From assembly GCF_006345805.1 (NCBI RefSeq), contig NC_043008.1, positions 40,486,001-40,550,000 on the forward strand: a stretch of DNA of 64,000 nucleotides, read 5' to 3'. The position numbers and the translations under genes were made by a program. This document shows positions 57,818 to 64,000 of this stretch, one piece after another (positions within the stretch are counted from its first letter, which is position 1; each line of letters opens with the position of its first letter). Below the pieces are notes generated by a model. That model had not been told where the DNA came from. It did not search any database and saw nothing but the letters and a program-made list of their open reading frames with translations. This DNA comes from Octopus sinensis (lineage: Eukaryota).

Positions 57818-57818
57818 T
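57617..57818. repeat. (TTA)n directly abutting (TAA)n, an inverted microsatellite
   Basis: Junction ttattattaataataat at ~57690. Confidence 0.92.
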
Positions 57819-57819
57819 T

Positions 57820-57930
57820 CCTTCGTAACACAGTGCTGATAAAAATGCACCGGAGTCTTTAGTCGTCTGTCAAGTCACAACCAGGACCTCAGACAGAAAA
57901 TGATTTCCTTAAGATATGCGCTGTGCCAAA
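57820..57930 (-). mobile_element. Dong/R4-like LINE extreme 3' end
   Basis: Minus strand LSLFGTAHILRKSFSV* matches the recalled R4/Dong C-terminus, followed by a short 3' UTR. Confidence 0.75.
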
Positions 57931-58025
57931 TAATGATAAAGGTAAGTATTATCGTATTGATATTATCATCCTCGACAATTAATAAGCTAAATATTATAAT
58001 CAATTAATTAAGTATTATCCTATTA

Positions 58026-58087
<62 letters not shown>

Positions 58088-58638
58088 GAGTGAGAGACCA
58101 GGGCATGCCATCAAAGTGACACTGGGGTAAAATATACGAAGCCCAGTATACCCATCATGACTACCCGTCTGATAATGGTACACAAGGTACATGCATCGCA
58201 ATCATATGTGCGCGCATTGTGATCTCATATCATGATAAGCAGCACATGATCTTGTAGGTGGGGCCCAGTTAGAATTTTCTTCTGGTCGAGTAGCCCATTT
58301 TGCTCAAGAGATCCCTGAATAAGAATTGTTTAAGGATGTTGAACGAAGAACCCATGTTTCCAAAAGCGAATTATCCAAACCTCTAAGAATTACTTTCAAC
58401 ACACGCATATGATGCTCCCCCACTACTCCTGCTCATGATCACATATGCACATATCGTCAGCCACTAAGCGACATGCTGAACTGGTTATAGTCAACAAACT
58501 GACAAGCAAATCTGTGGTATTGAGCAGAATATTTTCTGTAGCCCGTCTTTTATACCAAGACAAAATGATATACATGATAGCACTTACGATTAAATATCAG
58601 AAAACATGAGAGCCACTGCCTGGTACTGCATCAGGGTA
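58088..58638. mobile_element. Family T, copy 2
   Basis: Same termini (gagtgagag...cagggta/ggggca) and TTA flanks as 52917-53466. Confidence 0.9.
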
Positions 58639-58688
<50 letters not shown>

Positions 58689-59065
58689 TATTATTATTAT
58701 TATTATCATTATTATTATTATTATTATTATCATCATCATCACCATCATCATCATCACCGGCACCACCACCATCATCATCATCATTATTATTATTATTTTC
58801 GTAATTATCATTATTATCACTATTGTTATTATTATTATTATTATTATTTTTATTATCATCATCAATTAACTAATTAATTATAATTATTTAGTACAATTAA
58901 AACATCTTATTTGTAATATGTAATTAATATTAAACTACTAATATAATTATATATTTTGCAATTACTACAAGAATTTGCACTAAGAGGATTTAAAATACTT
59001 AATAAATCCACTAAAAACTTAATACTCCAAATTCAACATCATTATATAGATTAAGATGACAAAAC

Positions 59066-59096
<31 letters not shown>

Positions 59097-59097
<1 letters not shown>

Positions 59098-59281
59098 TCG
59101 ACAGATTCCTTCAAGAAATCCCGGATAAACCCCCTACACCCGGATATGTCTCTGTAAACAATAACTCTCTACTTGAGTGGCCATAGTGCCCAAATTCTGA
59201 TTTGAAAGACTTCACCAGGTGGTGCTATTAAGTTAGACATGGCCTGGGCCAATAATGGCCGAAACCTATCAAAGTATCACA

Positions 59282-59283
<2 letters not shown>
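59097..59283 (+). mobile_element. CR1-like LINE 3' end within a (TA)n tract
   Basis: FDRFLQEIPDKPPTPGYVSVNNNSLLEWP* (59097-59186) followed by a ggcc-aataat-ggcc stem-loop. Confidence 0.72.
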
Positions 59284-59340
<57 letters not shown>

Positions 59341-59480
59341 ATATATATAAATATACACAGATATATACAAATAGACAAATATATACTCACACTCAGATAT
59401 ATTTATACAGAAATTTCTACATCTATATACATATACACATAGATATATAAACCAATATACAAAGATACACACACACACAT

Positions 59481-59513
<33 letters not shown>

Positions 59514-59774
59514 GATAGATATATATACATTTGCACATATATATATACCCATATGAGTATATATATATATATATACTTGATAATTTGATAAAAAATGTGA
59601 ATTTTTAATTATTTTCTGAGATTTTACAAAAACAACAAAAATATTTGTATATATTTGTATATGAGTATATATATATATATACAGAGTAATACATATAGAT
59701 GCATACATATACATCGACATACATTTATTTAAATATACATGTACACATGCATCACTATAAATGATATACACACA

Positions 59775-60195
59775 TACAAGTCTTTGCTAATTACCCAGTG
59801 AATATACTGTGTCACTGTATCATGCTGGTTGAGATACTCTGTCGGTCTAAGATAACTTCACATGAGCAAAAAACATGATCAATGGTTTCGTTTTGTTGTT
59901 TACACACACATGTTGGGCTACAGCGTTTGTTTAAAGTAGATTCTTCTACGTAGGCATTGATCTTGGGCTGCTATTATAAATGCTTCTGCCTTTAATTTTA
60001 AGCCAGGAGACACTAAACATTGATGTGTAATGGCTTTGTCAAAATCGGCCCTATTAACTCGCTTTGGATATTTGCCATTTATCAGTAAGAATATCTAAGG
60101 CAACAGTTTTCACACGGGTTTTCATACGCATGGCTTTTTCTGTGCTTGTTCCCAGTACGCCCAATTCTGAGATTTGACGTATTTGGAATTCACTT
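59775..60195 (-). mobile_element. Dong/R4-like LINE fragment
   Basis: Minus strand GKYPKRVNRADFDKAITHQCL..GLKLKAEAFIIAAQDQCL...NETIDHVFCSC...QHDTVTQYIHW. Confidence 0.85.
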
Positions 60196-60222
60196 AGATA
60201 TTTCTTTATATATATATATATA

Positions 60223-60264
<42 letters not shown>

Positions 60265-60290
60265 ATATATATATAATATAATATATATAG

Positions 60291-60474
60291 TTAATCCAAA
60301 CAAGAAAGCACAAAAAATCACAACAACGCGAGGACATGTAACAAATATAGTATTATTGGACGCTCAGAAAAGAAGGAAAGAAGGAGGGTTTAACGTTTCG
60401 AGCGGAGCTCTTCGTCGGAAACATAGGAGAAGGAAAGATCCAGAGAAGGGAAGACAGAGGAAAAAATCGCCAAC
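60291..60474 (-). mobile_element. Family H copy 3
   Basis: Core at 60388-60422 reads gtttCCGACGAagagctccgctcGAAAcgttaaac on the minus strand (U4 to C change). Confidence 0.87.
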
Positions 60475-60477
60475 ATA

Positions 60478-60532
<55 letters not shown>

Positions 60533-61147
60533 ATATATGTGTGTGTATGTGTGTGTGTGTGTGTGTACATATGTATATATATATATATATACATATATAT
60601 GTATGTATGTATATATGTGTGTATATACGTGTATGCATACATATATATATATATGTATATATATGTATGTATGCATGGATATATATATGGTTTCTATGGA
60701 GATTTCAATAAACAAATTCCAATACAAGTGAAATCAAAGTGTTCTATTAGATCTTAGCACAGAGATTTTAGCCGCTCAGTGAACTTAGATAACCTTTAAT
60801 ATATATTTTATATTTTAAACCTTTGATGAAAATCATTAACGTATTGATCATATTTAATTATAAACTGCTTTTAAAGCGAATCCAACTACTGTTGATAAAT
60901 ATATATCATATTAAAATATTAATTTCTCTGTGATGATCATTAATATTAGATGTAAAATTCTAATTAAAAATTGCCGATCGGAGACAAGTGTAAAGATGAC
61001 ACCCCACATTATTGACTATATTTTATGAATAAAAAAATAAAAAAGTTATCTCAAGAAATTTTCATATCAATATATCTATCTATGTCATTCTCTTGTTTTC
61101 TCTCTCCTTCCATACACACACACATATAAATATATATTTACATGGTT

Positions 61148-61182
<35 letters not shown>

Positions 61183-61185
<3 letters not shown>

Positions 61186-61900
61186 TTTAACTTCTATTTT
61201 TCTCATGTTTTAGTTATTTGACTGCGACCATCCTAGAGCGTCGCCTTGAACATTTTTTTTATTCGAATGAATCAAGTGGGCTATGTATTTTTTAAAACCT
61301 CATAGATACACTAACGATAAATTTCACCGAAAGCGAGCTTACGGGAGGTAAACTTATCATCAGCGGTTACCATGCAGTGGTGGTCGACTTATATAAAGAG
61401 AAAGCCGATTTACTGACACACACACACACACGCACGCACACACACAGACGCGCATACAGACACATATATGTATGATTATGTGGTAATTTGGTCCCCAAGC
61501 ACAGTTTTGGGTTCAATTTCACTGGGTGACACCCTGCTCAATTGTCTTCTAGTATAGACTAATGCAGACCAAAGTCTTGTGAGTGGATTTCGTAAAAGGA
61601 ATAAAAAAATCGTATATATGTTTGTGTGTGTGCCTGTCTGTGTGTGAGTTATTGTGTATGTATTTGAATGTGTGCGTCTTTGTGTCTGTGTTTGTCATCC
61701 CCGCAACTAGACAAAGGGTACTGGCGTGTTTACGTCGCCGTAAATTAGCCGCTCGGCAAAAAAATCGCTATAAGTTCCAGCCGTAAGGTTACTGCGATCA
61801 ATTCATTTCTTCAAGACGCTGGTGTAACACGAATGCAGTCTAATGAATGAAACAAATAAAACATACAAGGTACATATATATATATATATTATATATATAT

Positions 61901-61935
<35 letters not shown>

Positions 61936-62626
61936 CTTTTAACTTCTATTTTTCTCATGTTTTAGTTATTTGACTGCGACCATCCTAGAGCGTCGCCTTG
62001 AACATTTTTTTTATTCGAATGAATCAAGTGGGCTATGTATTTTTTAAAACCTCATAGATACACTAACGATAAATTTCACCGAAAGCGAGCTTACGGGAGG
62101 TAAACTTATCATCAGCGGTTACCATGCAGTGGTGGTCGACTTATATAAAGAGAAAGCCGATTTACTGACACACACACACACACGCACGCACACACACAGA
62201 CGCGCATACAGACACATATATGTATGATTATGTGGTAATTTGGTCCCCAAGCACATAGTTTTGGGTTCAATTTCACTGGGTGACACCCTGCTCAATTGTC
62301 TTCTAGTATAGACTAATGCAGACCAAAGTCTTGTGAGTGGATTTCGTAAAAGGAATAAAAAAATCGTATATATGTTTGTGTGTGTGCCTGTCTGTGTGTG
62401 AGTTATTGTGTATGTATTTGAATGTGTGCGTCTTTGTGTCTGTGTTTGTCATCCCGCAACTAGACAAAGGGTACTGGCGTGTTTACGTCGCCGTAAATTA
62501 GCCGCTCGGCAAAAAAATCGCTATAAGTACCAGCCGTAAGGTTACTGCGATCAATTCATTTCTTCAAGACGCTGGTGTAACACGAATGCAGTCTAATGAA
62601 TGAAACAAATAAAACATACAAGGTAC

Positions 62627-62628
<2 letters not shown>
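61183..62628. repeat. Near-identical tandem duplication, period 752 bp; each unit holds an inverted pair of family O-like SINE pieces
   Basis: Units 61183-61875 and 61935-62628; I see only three small differences; TA tracts at all junctions. Confidence 0.95.
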
Positions 62629-62698
<70 letters not shown>

Positions 62699-62753
62699 TA
62701 GTACGTTTACTGGCAATATGACCATTCCGAAATATAACAATATATATATATTG

Positions 62754-62945
62754 TTAATCCAAACATGAAAACACAACAACGCGAGGGCGTGCAGGAAGTA
62801 TAGTGTTATTGGACGCTTAGGAAAGGAAAGAAAAAAGGAGGATTTAACGTTTCTAGCGGAGCTCTTCGTCAGAAACATAAGAAAAGGAAAGATCCAAGGA
62901 AGGGAAGACGGAGGAAAAAATCGCCAACGGTACACACGCGGTCAC
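62754..62945 (-). mobile_element. Family H copy 4
   Basis: Core at 62843-62876 reads gtttCTGACGAagagctccgctaGAAAcgttaaat on the minus strand. Confidence 0.87.
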
Positions 62946-63049
62946 ATATATATATACATACACACACATATGTATATATGTGTTATGTATATAAGTATGT
63001 GTGCATGTATGTAGGTAGGTAGATAGGTACGTAGGTATATACATATAGG

Positions 63050-63170
63050 ACAAGCTTCTTTTCATTTGTGTCTAAGAAATCCAGTAGGAATATCTTTTCG
63101 GCCAGAGGCTATAGTAGTGCAAACATGACCAGATGCTTGGTCAACGGTTTATTCCGCTCATGTCTCAATT
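63050..63170 (-). mobile_element. Degraded SINE family O fragment
   Basis: Minus strand ctactatagcctctggccga...tggatttcttagacacaaatgaaaagaagc. Confidence 0.65.
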
Positions 63171-63482
63171 CCTGCTTATTTATTTGCCAACATCTAGAAG
63201 GTAAAACAATGATCAAACATGAAAAACCTTCATTGTTTGCTAATTATTTATATCCTATAATTGCAAACTTCTATATTTACATTGTAGATTAATATTTGAC
63301 GACACCTCACAAACATTTTACTATAATTGTTTTCAAAATCATTGGACACTTAAAATATATATATATATATATAGAAAATTCGGGGTGAGTACTTGATAAT
63401 TATAAGCACCCGTGTATACCGTTTGGTGGTGTAGGTGGTGGAGTAAATTGATCAAAATAAAAACATTATGCCAAGGATTCAG

Positions 63483-63559
63483 CGGTACATATGTTTCGGG
63501 CCTTTATTAGACAGATTTATAACAATGCATAATGTATGTCTGTGGCCTTCTTCAGCCAA
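63483..63559 (-). ncRNA. Type I hammerhead ribozyme-like motif with a long loop II
   Basis: Minus strand tgg CTGAAGA a GGCC (41 nt) GGCC c GAAA CATATG TA ccg; palindromic stem III ACATATGT and GUA triplet. Confidence 0.6.
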
Positions 63560-64000
63560 AGGAATTTAATCATTTTGTTGCATGCTGTAAGAGATGCTTA
63601 TTTATTCACCGGCAAATTTATCCTATTTTTGTTCCCGTTACTCAGAAGAATGTCACAGTTATATAATAACGCACATGTACGTGACGTTAACTGATAATTT
63701 ATATCCACTCGAACTTGAAATAAACAACGCTATGGATACGTGTGAATGAGTATTTCAATGTTTTAAAGTATCCATTTATTTTTATTTACATTTTGTTTTT
63801 CGTTTCGTCTTCTCTCATAATTGAAAGGGAAAGTTCTGAAACGTTAGTTCATAATGCGACCAGAGATTTAGCACTCTTGATGCTTTGCAATATAAATTAA
63901 AGTTCTGTATGATAGGATCCAAGAATATAGTTGCAACCAAGGAATATATTTTTCTCCTATTCTCTCAAGTTACGAACAGTCAACTGGAGGTTCTATTACT

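Noticed and set aside
60146-60757. 203-aa ORF, and the related peptide at 20771-21019
   Set aside because: It spans TA tracts and a family H repeat; the recurring LDAQ...GGFNVSSGA peptide reflects the repeat, not a gene.

Overview
AT-rich animal genomic DNA, dense in microsatellites, with no intact protein-coding gene that I can support. The repeat repertoire (several tRNA-headed SINE families, Dong/R4-like and CR1-like LINE remnants, a Penelope-like element, mariner and Tigger-like remnants, long TA/TTA/GATA tracts) looks like an octopus (coleoid cephalopod) intron or intergenic region. That assignment is inferred from recalled repeat families, not from a search. Almost all ORFs in the supplied track are translations of microsatellites or antisense transposon sequence. 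The most interesting signal is a set of minimal type I hammerhead-ribozyme (HHR) motifs. (i) Four dispersed ~190-bp non-coding elements, most beside TA tracts, carry GTTT-CTGACGA-A-GAGC-TCC-GCTC-GAAA-CGT-T-AAAC (consensus) on the minus strand. (ii) A Penelope-like element with a >1-kb inverted duplication carries a core with an apparent compensatory U3-A8 change (TTGATAA) in both arms. (iii) A separate motif near 63.5 kb has intact CUGAAGA/GAAA/GUA elements. Other notable structures are ~550-bp elements flanked by (TTA)n on both sides, several fold-back hairpins, an inverted repeat whose differences are biased to third codon positions, and a near-identical 752-bp tandem duplication. All alignments and translations were done by eye, so boundaries are approximate.
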